64,000 nucleotides of DNA from Rhina ancylostomus (GCA_030265395.1 JARFYF010000001.1:29623598-29687597), one strand, 5' to 3'. Shown: positions 1-12,665, numbered from the stretch's first letter. Translations and numbers: made by a program. The notes: generated from the sequence alone by a model not told the origin.

Positions 1-146
1 TGGCACAGTGATGCAACTAGTAGAGCTGCTGGCTCACTGTTCCAGGGATGCTGGGTTCAATCCTGACCTCCAGTGCTGTCTGTGTGGAGTTAACATGTTC
101 TCTTGTGACTGTGTGGGTTTCCTCAGGATCCTCCCATATCCACTTG
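1..146 (+). mobile_element. V-SINE (HE1-like), tRNA-derived head plus V domain
   Basis: A-box-like TGGCACAGTGATGCAACTAG, B-box GGGTTCAATCC, then V-domain TGTGTGGAGTT..TTCTC..GTGACTGTGTGGGTTTCCTC. Confidence 0.8.
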
Positions 147-557
147 ACAATTGGGAATATTGCCCAGGTATGTCCTGTTCCCAAAAAGCAGGAAAAATCT
201 CCAGCTCTACTCTCAATCATCAATACAATGATAGAAAAAATTGTTAGTGGTGTTTTCAACTAGCACTTATTCACCAATAGCCTGCTTAATTAAGTTCCAT
301 TTACTTTAGATCAGCATCTCAACTCCAAATGTCACCCCAACTTTGGTCCAAATGGACAAAAAGCTGATTTCTGAGGATGATGTGAGAGTGACTGCTCTGA
401 GCATTAAGACAGCAGCTAAATGAATCTGCCATTAAAGATCACCAGAAAAATCATAGTAATTGGGAATCAAGAGGAAAGCATACAAGTGCCTTGCACATAA
501 GAAACAGTTGTCGTTTTGGAGAGTAATCATCAGCAGTGGAAAAGTCAGTACTGATTT

Positions 558-702
558 CTCACAGATCCAGGACCTGGGTTCAATCTCAACCAGGGTTGTG
601 TGGAGTTTCCAAGTTCTCTTATTGACCATATAGGTTTTCCCCATGTACTCTAGTTTCTTCCCACATCCCCAAACAAGTTAATTAACTGCTGTAAATTGCT
701 AA
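558..702 (+). mobile_element. V-SINE (HE1-like), degenerate
   Basis: CTGGGTTCAATC B-box followed by GTGTGGAGTTT...GGTTTTCCCC...TTTCTTCCCACATCCCCAAA V-domain. Confidence 0.7.
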
Positions 703-1339
703 ATTGCACAGTGCAGTGGCAAAGGATCAAAGAGGAGNNNNNNNNNNNNNNNNNNNNNNNNNNNNNNNNNNNNNNNNNNNNNNNNNNNNNNNNNNNNNNN
801 NNNNNNNNNNNNNNNNNNNNNNNNNNNNNNNNNNNNNNNNNNNNNNNNNNNNNNNNNNNNNNNNNNNNNNNNNNNNNNNNNNNNNNNNNNNNNNNNNNNN
901 NNNNNNNNNNNNNNNNNNNNNNNNNNNNNNNNNNNNNNNNNNNNNNNNNNNNNNNNNNNNNNNNNNNNNNNNNNNNNNNNNNNNNNNNNNNNNNNNNNNN
1001 NNNNNNNNNNNNNNNNNNNNNNNNNNNNNNNNNNNNNNNNNNNNNNNNNNNNNNNNNNNNNNNNNNNNNNNNNNNNNNNNNNNNNNNNNNNNNNNNNNNN
1101 NNNNNNNNNNNNNNNNNNNNNNNNNNNNNNNNNNNNNNNNNNNNNNNNNNNNNNNNNNNNNNNNNNNNNNNNNNNNNNNNNNNNNNNNNNNNNNNNNNNN
1201 NNNNNNNNNNNNNNNNNNNNNNNNNNNNNNNNNNNNNNNNNNNNNNNNNNNNNNNNNNNNNNNNNNNNNNNNNNNNNNNNNNNNNNNNNNNNAAAAATCA
1301 GGAGTTCAACAGTTCCAACAAAATACAACATGCTCAACA

Positions 1340-1720
1340 TTATTCAGTCAAAGCAAGTCCTTTGACTGACGCCTAAAGCATTCACTCCCTCCACAACTGG
1401 CCCAGTTTGTTTGCAGTGTGTGCCAAGTACAAATTGCACTACAGCAACTCCCAAAGTCATCTATGACAGCATTTCACAAACCCATGATTGGAACCACTTA
1501 AAACAAGGGCGGGGTAGTATGGAAACGCCTTCCCCTCCAAACTCCCCTAGAATCAGCAAACATCCTCACCTAAGAATATATTGCTTTTCCTTAATCCTCA
1601 TTAGATAATATCCTGGAACTCCTGAACCAATAGCACAGCGCATGTGGTTCACTGCCACTTGCTAAAGCGTTATTCATGTTGACACTCATCGCTGACCTTG
1701 TAAATGATACCCAGATCCCA
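1340..1720 (+). mobile_element. Degenerate L2/CR1-like LINE 3' fragment
   Basis: CATTCACTCCCTCCAC..GCAGTGTGT..TGCACTACAGCAACTC resembles the copy at about 29360-29720. Confidence 0.5.
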
Positions 1721-2659
1721 TAAAATCAGAAGAATATCCTTCACCTTATTGAAAACAAAATATTACCCATCTTTATTTTTTTACTTTCATGGCAAAGCAT
1801 GTCAAAGCATTTGTAAAAAGAATTGGCCTGTTGACTGCAGCTTTAGAAGAATACTGATTTGTTCTTTTTCTTGGAATCAAACCAAATTATTCAAGCCTAG
1901 CCTGTTAATGTTGAATTTTTTTCTAAAGTCTGTGGATTTGTCTGTTATGCTCTAATTGTGCTGAAGCTTTCAAAACAGTCATAACCATTGTATTCTTTAA
2001 TTAAACATTGTCCTTTTTATAATTCTACTAATTTTTTGCAAACCAAATTATGTTTTATTTGTGTGATATGCTATTAATTATTGTAGAGTGCACATAAAAC
2101 TTCATATCACAATCTGATATAAATTTGTTTTGCTTTGTGTTTGCAACATTGAGTGGTTAATAGAACAACTAGTTTCTGAGGTTTTAAATGGCCTAGCTAG
2201 CTTTTGATGTATATATTAAATATTTGGTTCCTTTCTAGCACAGATATCATGCTTTTTTTTAGCTAAACCACTATTTTGCCTCCTCCCAGAACAGACACAT
2301 AGAGAAGCAACTGCAATCAATGTCCTCTTTGGCACTATACCAGCTGATTTTTATTTTGATTTTCACTTCTCTTTTTTGCTGATATTTGGTCATGCTTGTA
2401 GAACCAGCTGACAGCAGATTATTGCAGGCACTGAGAAATGTTGGAAAAAGAAATGGATGAAATATTATCTTGTCCCAAGGCAAGGCAGTTCTAACGTCCT
2501 TTAAGGAAAATGAAAATTGGTCAGCAAGACATTTTAAACAAATAAAATGCTGTATTTGTCCAGAGGCTGGTTAATGGTGGGGGTGCATTATTCAACCTTA
2601 TTTCAGTGCAGAATAAAAGTAATGAAATTTTCTTTGCATCTCCCTTCAACAGTGTTCCA

Positions 2660-3350
2660 TATGTACCGTTATTTAAGAAGGGCAGCAAAGGCAAGCCAGG
2701 GAACTACAGGCCAGTGAATTTGACATCACTGGAGGGGATTCTGAGGGATAGGATCTATCAAAATTTGGACATAAAAGGTCTAATTAGAGATGGTCAGCGC
2801 AGGCTTTGTGAGTGAGAAATCATATCTGGCAAATCTAAGAGTGGTTTTTCAAAGAGAATAGATGAGAATAGGTCAGTGGACATTGCCTATATGGACTTAA
2901 GCAAGGCCTTTGCAAGGTCTCACATGGCAGACTAGTCTGAAAGGATAGATTGCATGAGAACCAGGGAGAAATAGCTAATTGGATTAGTAATTGGCTTGAT
3001 AGTAGGAAGCAGAGAGTGATGGTCAAAGGTTCTTTCTCAGGCTGGAGGCCTCTCTCTAGTGGTGTGTCATAGAAGTCAGTGCTGGGACCATTGTTGTTTG
3101 TTATTTATATAAACAATTTGGATGTACATGTACATTTGGATGGTTAGTAAGGTTGCAAATGATACTAAAATAGGTAGTATCGTAGACAGTGAAGAAGGTT
3201 ATCAAAAATTACAAGGGGATCTTGATCAGCTAGGTAAGTGGACTGAGGATTGGCAAATGGCTTTCAATTCAGCTAAGTGCAAAATGTTACATTTTCAGAA
3301 GTCAAACCAGGGTAGGACTTGTACAGTGAATGGCTGGGCCCCAGGAAGTA
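2660..3350 (+). mobile_element. CR1 LINE ORF2 RT fragment, frameshifted
   Basis: Translations PLFKKGSKGKPGNYRPVNLTS and KVANDTKIGSIVDSEEGYQKLQGDLDQLGKW match the intact CR1 RT at 26120. Confidence 0.9.
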
Positions 3351-3680
3351 GAAACATAGAAATATAGAAAAACTATAGCACAATTCAGGCCCTACGGCCC
3401 ACAAAGCTGTGCCGAACACGTCCCTAACCTAGAAATTACCAGACCTACCCATAGCCCTCTATTTTACTCAGCTCCATGTACCTATCTAACAGTCTATTGA
3501 AAGACCCTATCGTATCCGCCTCCACCACCGTTTCTGGCAGCCCGTTCCACGCACTCACCAGTCTCTGCGTAAAAAAAACCCGCAGAGTTTCAAAACTTGG
3601 AAATTGTGTGACATAGAACATTACAGCACAGTACAGGCCCTTCAGCCCACAATATTGTGCCGACATCTTACCCTGCTCTA
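3351..3680 (-). mobile_element. Two CR1 (HER1-like) LINE 3' ends
   Basis: FFTQRLVSAWNGLPETVVEADTIGSFNRLLDRYM ORF2 C-terminus, GGGCCGTAGGGCCTG / GGGCTGAAGGGCCTG stem-loops and TTCTAT-type tails. Confidence 0.85.
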
Positions 3681-4321
3681 AGGTCTAGCCCCATATCCCT
3701 TGATAACCTTAACTAATTAGATGGCCTCTAGTATTTGAGATTTTGGCCTGGGATGGCCATTAAGTGGCAAATACAGAGACTATGCCATTAAAAACACATT
3801 TACGACATTTCTCAGTTTGTTACCAACTTAAGTTCATGTCAGTTAAAGTCATTTTCCTTAATAATGGCAGAGATGGCTGCAAACCAGAGGACAGCTGAAT
3901 CGCTGATTTTAAAATGTGCCAAAACCCCAAGGTGATACTCAGCTCCCCAGAGCAATGGTAGCAACAGCAGAACAACTTTAGTGCCAATATCTGCAGTCTA
4001 CAAACCTTTCTTTCAGACATTTCATATAGTTTCACTATCCACTTGTAAAACAGAACAAAACCCACAAACGGCATTTAAAAGAGACTACAGGAGCACAAAA
4101 CACAATTGACCCATAATTTGAATTTATTCACACCCAAATTTTGCTTAGACTCAACATATTTGGACTGGACATCATCTACAGTAATTTTGCCACCATTTCT
4201 ACCACAGCATTCTCTCAGCATCTATCCTATATTCCCTTCACCATTTTAAAGACTGTTTCATCTGCCCTAATGGTTGCAACTCAAGTCGTGGTATAAAACT
4301 AGCATCTCCTTTCAGTAGCGA

Positions 4322-4452
4322 CACAAGAGACTTGCAGATGTAAGAGTCCGAAGCAAAGAAATGAGCTGCTGGAGGAACTGAGTGGGTCAAGCAGCATCTG
4401 TGGAGGGAAATGGACAGTCGACACTTTGGGTTGAAACCCTCAATCTGGACTA
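4322..4452 (-). mobile_element. Penelope-like element terminal repeat with decayed minimal hammerhead core
   Basis: Minus strand reads AGTCCAGATTGAGGGTTTCAACCCAAAGTGTCGACTG-TCCATTTCCCTCCACAGATGCTGCTTGACCCACTCAGTTCCTCCAGCA; same family as about ten other copies in the window. Confidence 0.7.
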
Positions 4453-4622
4453 CTCTTTTGTAGTCCTTCTTTAACATTTATATTGTACACAGACCAAGAT
4501 TATTCACTGTAAACCAAATTAGCTTAAAAGATTCATCCGGGAAACATGTTGCATTATATTAAGGAGAGGAATTATGATAGAAGACACCATTACAGTAACC
4601 TTGGCAGCAACTTTGCACTTAC

Positions 4623-4694
4623 CAGCTTGGTAGTCATACAGAGCCACTGCTGTTATTCCATACTCATTCCCATACTCTGCATAGGTGGGCTCAT
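4623..4694 (-). CDS. CTTN: Cortactin internal exon (tyrosine-rich segment and start of SH3 domain), 72 nt, phase 1-1
   Basis: ttgtttgtctttctag|AT GAG CCC...CAA GCT G|gtaagt encodes (D)[23 protein letters not shown], resembling cortactin [24 protein letters not shown]. The paralog HCLS1 (YDYQG) fits less well but is not excluded. Confidence 0.8.
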
Positions 4695-4774
4695 CTAGAA
4701 AGACAAACAAGACTGAATGGTTTCTCCTTAATTATTCAAAGAAAATTTTCAAACACTTTTAAAGAGGGTCTACA

Positions 4775-5481
4775 CTGGGGTATCGGCAGTGGAGAGGGTC
4801 AGCAGCTTTAAACTCCTGGGCATTAACATATCAGATGACCTATCCTGGGCCCTGCACACAGATGCAATCACAAGGAAGGCGTGCCAGAGTCTTTACTTTC
4901 TTAGGAGGTTATAGAGGTTCAGCATATCACCGAACACTCGAACAAACTTCTATAGGTGTACTGCTGAAAGTGTCCTGACTGGTTGCATCATGGTCTGGTA
5001 CGGCAATTCAAATGCGTAGGTACGCAATAAGTTGCGGAGAGCAGTGGACTCTGTCCAATACCTCACGGGCACATCCCTCCCCACCATTGGTAGTATCCAT
5101 AAGAGGCACTGCCTCAAGCAGGCAACATCCATCAAAGATCCCCACCATTCGGGCCACGCCATCTTTTCCCAGCATTGGGCAGGAGGTACAGAAGCCTGAA
5201 GTCCCACACCACCAGCTTCAAGAACAGCTACTTCCCTTCAACCATTCGGTTCTTGAACCAACCTGCACAACCCTAATCACGACGTCAGTATAGCAACACT
5301 AGGGCCACTCTGATCACTTTCTACTAAAATGGGTTTTGTTTTTTTTATTCTAGTTGAGAGTTTTTTCTTGTAATAATTGTGTACAATTTATGTGCAAGTT
5401 GTGATTTTCTTGTGAATGCTGCTTATCTGATGCTATGTGCCTGTGATGCTGCTGCAAGTAAGTTTTTCATTGCACCTGTGC
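4775..5481 (+). mobile_element. Rex1/Babar-type LINE 3' portion
   Basis: Encodes VERVSSFKLLGINISDDLSW...LYFLRRL...NFYRCTAESVLTGCIMVWYGN, homologous to ORF 51827-53050; 3' UTR runs into the gap. Confidence 0.85.
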
Positions 5482-5581
5482 NNNNNNNNNNNNNNNNNNN
5501 NNNNNNNNNNNNNNNNNNNNNNNNNNNNNNNNNNNNNNNNNNNNNNNNNNNNNNNNNNNNNNNNNNNNNNNNNNNNNNNNN

Positions 5582-6160
5582 GGATGCTGCCAGGACATAA
5601 GGGCATGAGTTATAGGGAGAGGTTGGGCAGGCTAGGACTTTATTCCCTTACAGAGGTGTATAAAATCAGTAAGGGCATAGAGAGGGTGAACGTACATGGT
5701 CTTTTTCCCAGGAAAGGTGAAATTAAAACTAGAGGACATAGGTTTAAGGTGAGAGCTTAAAGATTTAAAAGGGACCTAAGGAGCAACTTCTTCATACAGA
5801 GGGTGGTGTATATATGGAATGAGCTGCCAGAGTGGGAATGGTGTAAGAAACTGGGATTTAGTAGGTGGAAGTGACAAAGGGGTGAAGGAGATGGAATCTG
5901 ATAGGAGAGGACAATGAATCATGGAATAAAGGGAAAGAGGTGAGAAGGGGAACTGGAGGGAGGAATATGTGGGTGATGGCAGACCAAGAGGGTGAGTTGA
6001 GGGAGATACAATAACAACATTCAAAAGACATTCAGATAAGTATGTGGATAGGAGGGATTTAGAAGGATATGCCAAATGCAGGCAAATGGGACTAGTGTGG
6101 TCAGCATGAATGAACTGGGCCAAAGGACCTGTTTGTCTGCTGTATCACGCTACGACACTA
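5582..6160 (+). mobile_element. CR1 3' end interrupted by a purine-rich PLE-like segment (about 5835-5990)
   Basis: MSYRERLGRLGLYSL..KTRGHRFKV translation and GGGCCAAAGGACCTGTT tail; the insert identity is less certain. Confidence 0.75.
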
Positions 6161-6849
6161 TGGAGAATTTTAAACAAATATATTTAGATAATATATGAAC
6201 ATCATTATGTTACACAATCAAGATTTAAGATGTAAATTTAACCCATTACTCATTTGTAGAAAACACAGTAAACATTTTCTGTACTCTTTTGAGTTACAAC
6301 TGAATACTTTTTGCATGCCTTCAAAAGAAATATTGCAGCAAGGATTCCACTGTGGTTTGCTGAAGTGCTATTACATTCTACTAAATTATTTCTAAACGGT
6401 GCACCAGTTAATAATAGAAAATGCTGACAGCTTAAGACTGTAGCTTTCAATAGATTTAGTGGTGAATAGACTAAATTGAGCTCTGTAGTATTTAATTTTT
6501 AAGCTGGTGTGCAGCCACACGTATCTGAGATGGGGAGCAGGATGACAGGAAATGCACCTAATGCCAGCTTGGCACAGGGGTTAGTATATGCCCAACAACT
6601 GCCACAGCATCTAAAGCAACAGGATATGGATTCAAATCAGTGTGCAATGCTGATCTGATGCCAGTGCTACTATTTTTGAACTTCCCACTGCAGCCTAGCA
6701 CCTCACACAACTGAATGTGATATTGAACTGAATGTAAGATTCCACAAATGCTCGCCACCATCACCCCTCCAGAGGTTTTCAAAGAAAAGATGAACCACCT
6801 TTTGCATCAGCTGTGGCACTTTCACTCAGTCTGGTTTCATGTCTCTCTC

Positions 6850-6960
6850 TCAGGGCTTGTGCACAAAATTCTAGGCTAACAATACTGTGCAGTACTGAGG
6901 GAGTGCCATAAAGTTGGAGGTGGTGCCATCTTTTGGATGAGACTGTAAATAAACTCGGTC
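6850..6960 (+). mobile_element. DeuSINE (SacSINE/AmnSINE-type) Deu-domain relic
   Basis: GTGCAGTACTGAGGGAGTGCC..GTTGGAGGTG..GCCATCTTTTGGATGAGACTGTAAA resembles the recalled Deu core GCAGTACTGAGGGAGTGCTGCACTGTCGGAGGTGCCGTCTTTCGGATGAGACGTTAAA. Confidence 0.65.
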
Positions 6961-9621
6961 ATGTTTCTCCATTTCCGTATTGTCTGCTGCTTGATAAGTT
7001 TTACGATTATGTCTCTCCCCCACATGCTCCCTCCAGTCCTCACATTATTGCATCTTCAGCCACAATCCTTTCCTTGCTGAGAGGGCCTCTGTCTTGCTGG
7101 GTTATGTCTGTTATCTCAGGGTCTATGTGCTGCTCAGTTGAAGCAAATCCATGTTTGTGAACAGAGTACAGCCTCCTCAATGCAGCCAGTGTAGTGTTTG
7201 ATATTAAGTCTACATATGATGTGTGCATATAAAATAAGATGATTTCTTCAATATTCTGATCTGCCTTAGCTACGCTTTGCAGCAGCATTTTATCTTTTTC
7301 ATTTACAGCCAAAATCCTCATGAAATCTTCAAGTAAATATTTCCAAACCATAGCTAGTTTTTGTTTCTATGAATTTATATCTTTTGGGAACTGGTTTGTC
7401 AACACACAAACACATTGTTGACTACAAGGGATTTAAATTCATGGAGAAAAGGAGGCCATTCTTATGCAGTGATAAATTTAAATAAAGGTGCCAGAGATGA
7501 AAGGCATACATTCTAATTCTTGCATCACCCAGTCCTCTTGAAGATCAGGATCCTACCTTAATATGGTTCTTCTTGTGATTTGGTAAATAAATAAGAAAAT
7601 GTTAATATTTTCACACTATCATAGACGACTAACATTGGGCAATTTGGACAATTTAAGCATTACATACCATTAACTAGATAGTTAAATGCTGTGAAAATGT
7701 GTCTTACTGCACTGAAGGAATAGACACTGCATTGAAATGATACCAGCTGATATAAATATTTAAGTGACGTTGTAACACAGAAACAGAGCTTTTGTGCTAT
7801 TCGGCAGGTCAGCTCCTGACTTTGGCCATCACAAGTCCAAGATGGGATTTCAGGTACTAACTTCACATATTTAAAAAAGCCAAACTGTCACAAAGCACGA
7901 GGCTGAAGTTCTGAAATATGCCTGTGACAAGAAAGCTTATCTGAAAAGTGGTAGATTGCATAATTATTCCCTAACTGCTATCAAAAGGGGAAAACAAAGG
8001 CTTGCAGATGCTGGACTGCTGATCCTTGCTATCAAAGGGGGACCGGATATAAATAAATTTTGTAATAATAAGGAAACTCTCACATTTTATTTTTCAGTAC
8101 ACCGTAAGATATCTAAAATTTATGCCAAATTAAGAATATTGTTTGACTTCACTCACAAGGCAATTAATTATTTGTCCTGTGGCTCATTTTAATATTTCTG
8201 GGGTGCTGATACATGTTGCTCGCCCATTTCACTTTGATGAATACATAAGGCTACTTTCCTCTCTGGCAGTAGCCCTAATACAACTAAGTTACCTAAATTC
8301 ATGAATGCAGCCAGAAATCTACAACTCTTTTTATGCCAAAGCTACTGACAGCCAATTCAACCCAGCAAAATCCTCCTCACTACCATTTGGGGATGTGCCA
8401 AAATTGGGAGAGTTCTCCCATATACAAATAGTGCTATAACTCAATTTCCCACTTGCATTGATATGGGATGTACATCAATCTCCCATCACCAACACTGGAT
8501 CCCAATTCTCCAAATTTTAATTTCCACTCTCTCTATCCTACCCCATTCCTGACTCGGCTACACTTCAAGTTCCCCAGATCCTATCACACTGGCTGTATTA
8601 TCATCCCCTATCTTATCTTGACCATTGATAGACATGTTTTATCTACATATCCACATCTCTCTCTCACTCTCTCTTTTTTGCCAAAACAAAGTTTATTCAC
8701 ACTAGTTTAAAGTAATTATCTCTAACACTGAAATTATTATCAAGTAATATTACCCCCTCCAGTATTGGATCGTATGAGTATATTCCTGGCCTACAATTGC
8801 TTTGTTTCCACGAGACGAGAAGGAGAACTTCACCAAGCATGGATGCCTATCTAATCTGGTGGCGATGCAAGGCTCCAGCCAAATGGATCCCTCTCGAAAA
8901 TGAAGTTAAGAGACTATACTTTAACCCCCATTCACTCTTCTCAAAGGTCTTGTGTTGCTTTTGTCTCTCAACGACAAAAAGGAATCAATTCCCCTGGTAA
9001 TTAATACCAACATTTGCACAAAAGTAACCTCAATAATGAGAATATTGTTTTCCTCTTAGATTAATTAGATCTGATCATATCTTCATGTTTCTTTGCCAAA
9101 ATGCTGTTCTCACTTGCTCAGTAGAAATACGTTGTTTTGTCTTGCTGACACCTGCTGTGAATTTGCTTATCTGTCAAGTGCTATTTTCTTACAACCTTCA
9201 ATTCAAAGGTATTTGCATTTTCGATCTTAGCCTCTCAGAGTAAGTCTCTTTTCCAATCGTTCCTTTCCTCTCAGCTATTTCAAAGTTTCTAGCAGTTGAA
9301 TCACCTCATATACTGTACATACCTTTAAACAATTACACTTATGGGTTTTTGTTGTTTGCCTTGAGAAGGGAGTGATGGCCTTTCCACTTGAACCACTGCA
9401 GATAACAGTGGTCATGCTATTTTCACAACATTGTTATGTTGGGAATAATAAAATAAAGAATGCCCATCTTATTGGTAAAGGTTGTAAGGAGGGGAGAAGC
9501 TGTCAAAGTGACTTGGGTGTAATGTATCTTGTCGATTGTGCATTATGCAGCACATTACATTAATGGTAAAGGAGTGGATACTGAATACATTTATTAACAG
9601 TTTGGTCTCATTATTGCTATA

Positions 9622-9898
9622 GAGCATAGAACATAGAACAGTACAGCACAGAACAGGCCCTTCAGCCCACAACACTGTGCTGACATANNNNNNNNNNNNN
9701 NNNNNNNNNNNNNNNNNNNNNNNNNNNNNNNNNNNNNNNNNNNNNNNNNNNNNNNNAAAGCCCCCAATGAGTTTGCCTCCACCACCCTATCAGGCAACGC
9801 ATTCCAGGCATCCACCACTCTCTCAGTAAAAAAACGTACCCCTCACATCTGTTCTGAACCTACCCCCTCTCACCTTAAATGCATGCCCTCTGGTATTG
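9622..9898 (-). mobile_element. CR1 LINE 3' end, gapped
   Basis: VDAWNALPDRVVEANSL translation, GGGCTGAAGGGCCTG stem-loop and (CATAGAA)n tail. Confidence 0.85.
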
Positions 9899-9937
9899 CT
9901 ATCTTGCTACCCTGTGTGTATTATATAGTTACTAAGA

Positions 9938-10045
9938 ATGACTTGCATTTATGAAGCACCTTTCACACCTCAGAACATTGCATGGTGCTTTGAGACCAAT
10001 GTATTATGGGAAATGCAATGCCAACATGTACACAGTAAGTCCCTG
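9938..10045 (-). mobile_element. L2-type / DeuSINE 3' tail relic
   Basis: ACTTGCATTTATGAAGCACCTTTCAC is typical of an L2-derived tail in reverse orientation. Confidence 0.45.
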
Positions 10046-11285
10046 GCACACTGCCATGTAAATTTCCTTAAATAGAACTTGTTCATTCATATTCTGGGCA
10101 TCTGCATTACCCTGCATGTTTAAATAATTTTTTTTCGGAATTCTTTTATCATTCCAATCAATAAAAGCTTAGACAAAGTAAGGAAATGTTTGACCTAAAT
10201 TTTTCCTCTTTCTCCCAGGCTTCATTCAGGTCCTTTTTTGCCTTCAGTTGAAAATGAATTTCACAGATCAGTAAATTACTACTGAGCCTTTGGAGGAATA
10301 TCAATCACATGAAAAAGAAAGAAACAGTGCACTGTTTGTGTACATCACTATCTCCAGTGATCAGTTCAAAAAATTCTAAATGCAAATAAGAAAGTCTGAG
10401 ACTGCTTGTGCAAATGTTAAAATTCTAAATTACACGGCTGATGGTGCAGGAGTGACATCTGGACGCAGCTGACCAGTCGTGGGTGGTAGGCTTCAAGCTT
10501 GCTTGTGTAAGGGACTATTTTATAAGGTGTTGCCGGAGCTCTGAACTACCGAGACACTAGTTTATTTGTAAATACAACATAGCCATACACTAAATTAACC
10601 AAATGTTTTACATTTCTTCTTGAGCAACAGTTATTTGCCTGTAAATGTACTTATTCATTTGTTCAGTTTTTCCATGTATCCAAACTGATGCTGACATGCA
10701 TTTTGTTAGTAATGTATTCTTTTCCATTACCAGTTTGGAATGAAAGCACCTGCTCCTATATGAATTTCTCCCAGTCGATTTATCCTAAATTACTCTACTC
10801 AGGCAGCAAATAGATCCGCACTGGACCTATGCATTCGCATACACGTATCTGTCACTTTGTGGGCCTTTCATGACAATATGCTGGAGAATCTTTGCTGCAA
10901 AATAAACTCTTATTCTAACTCTGATATCAATCTTAATTCTAGAAATATGTAAGATATTTCATTAAAATACTTTATGCCACGTAACTTTTCTCCAAAGAAT
11001 TGCATCACCTGCAAGCTATGTAATTTAAGCAATATTAATTCTGCAAGTACACACACTTCAAATCAAGAGACATCACGTCAACATCAAGTGAAGTTTTCTC
11101 TTAAAAAATCAGAAATTAGAATGACGATGGTTATTATGACCAAAAATACACAGACCNNNNNNNNNNCATCGAAAAAGCTGTGACTGTTCTGCCTCTGCAA
11201 TATATCTTGTGGCTAGTAGACACTGCCAAAGTACTTGCAGCAGTGGAGGATGAAATAAATGTTTAAGGTGGAGGCTGAAGTTGAA

Positions 11286-11502
11286 TAAAAGCAGAAAGTG
11301 CTGGAAACCCTGAAAATCAGGCAGTATCTATGAAAAGAGAAAGGGAGTCAACTTTTTCAGGTCCAGATTTATTCCCATTCTGACAAAGGGGCTTAGACTT
11401 GAAACATTAACCCCGTTTCTTTCTCCACAGATGCTGCCTGACCTACTGAGAGCTTCCAGTATTTTCTGGTTTTATTTCAGATCTCCAACATCTGCAGTTT
11501 TT
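11286..11502. mobile_element. Inverted pair of PLE terminal repeats with decayed hammerhead core
   Basis: Left arm 11286-11363 is an imperfect reverse complement of 11397-11475; core CTGACAAAGGGGCTTAGACTTGAAACATTAAC at 11380-11411. Confidence 0.7.
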
Positions 11503-12574
11503 TTCTGATTTTCCTGTACTGGGCCATTTTTTCTAGGTCGGGTTAGTTGCTGAAGCTGCAGTTATCAGGGCAATTGGAGAGTATGCAGTTACATTTCTGA
11601 CAGGTTATGTACATGGTGAAAAGCCTTTGGAGAGTCAGGAAGAGCTTATTTAGTGGAGAACACCTCCAACCCGCCTTTGCAGATACAGAAATTATCTGGT
11701 CCAATTAAGTTTCTGATTAATAGTGTCTCTCAGCATCTGTGTAAGGGGAGGAGGAAGATGGGTGCTGTGAATTTGACAATTATAAACATCTTATTATTTC
11801 AGGGGGAGGTTTCATGAATCTCCTGCTAATAATGGTACTTCCTGTTATTTCTAAAATAAGGTTTGCTTGTCTTTTATTGGAGAAAGCTATGATTTGATCC
11901 TGATTTTTACTGCATGGGTCCCCAATTTTTATTAAGTTTAACCACAGAATGTATCATTATCTTAAACATTGCAAATATGACCTAAAGTCATATTTGAGTG
12001 ATCAAGAGTAAACACCTCCATTTATGAATGAGAGGTATTAAATGAAACAACTGAATGTGATTGGTTTGATATGAGGAATTCCTCCAGCCATGCCTTGGAG
12101 CAGAGTTGATGGGCACCCAGTACCAAAACTGTTTTGTTTTAAGGGCGTGATTCTAGCCTGTGACATGTTTTCCCATTTTGATTTCCATTGGCTTTACTGA
12201 GACTTTGTGATTCCACTTCCAGTCCAATTTTAACTGCAGATTAGGTTTGGTCATATTCACCTCGCCTCTGAAGTTCAGCACTGTTGTTCACAGCAAAACC
12301 AAATTTGTAATGAGGCAGTTGTTACTGAAAGAAGAAAAACTGAGCATCAGCAAGCAAGTTATTCATGAACATCCATCAATAACTTCATCACTTAGCTGTT
12401 TGTTAAGAACAGGCTGTTGGGGTAGTGGTTGCCTGGATGTAGTTTATTCTGCTTTTCGTGGACCAAGCAAAGTCTAGACCACTCTCTATATGGTTGGGTA
12501 AATGCCAGTGTTGAAGCAGGTTGGATGGATATGTGGCTAGTTTTGGAGCAGATCTTCCACAACACAGAAGGTAG

Positions 12575-12665
12575 ATATTTCTCTTTCCACAGATGCTACT
12601 TAATCTGTTGAGTATTTCCAGAATTTGTTGATTTTATTTCAGATTTCCAGCATCTGCAGGTTTTT
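12575..12665 (+). mobile_element. PLE terminal repeat fragment without core
   Basis: TCCACAGATGCT..CTGTTGAGTATTTCCAG..ATTTCAGATTTCCAGCATCTGCAG. Confidence 0.6.

Noticed and set aside
696-1376. Long ORFs spanning N runs (also 18085-18970, 22386-23294, 51713-52747, 62024-62586)
   Set aside because: Artefacts of translating assembly gaps
4141-4230. Minus-strand KYVESKQ resembling the cortactin C-terminus NYVELRQ
   Set aside because: No DEISF, GWW or GLFP SH3 motifs in frame; coincidental
7040-7351. 103-aa minus-strand ORF as a possible upstream CTTN exon, with a GTGAG donor near 7043
   Set aside because: No similarity to the cortactin proline-rich region, wrong phase and no good acceptor
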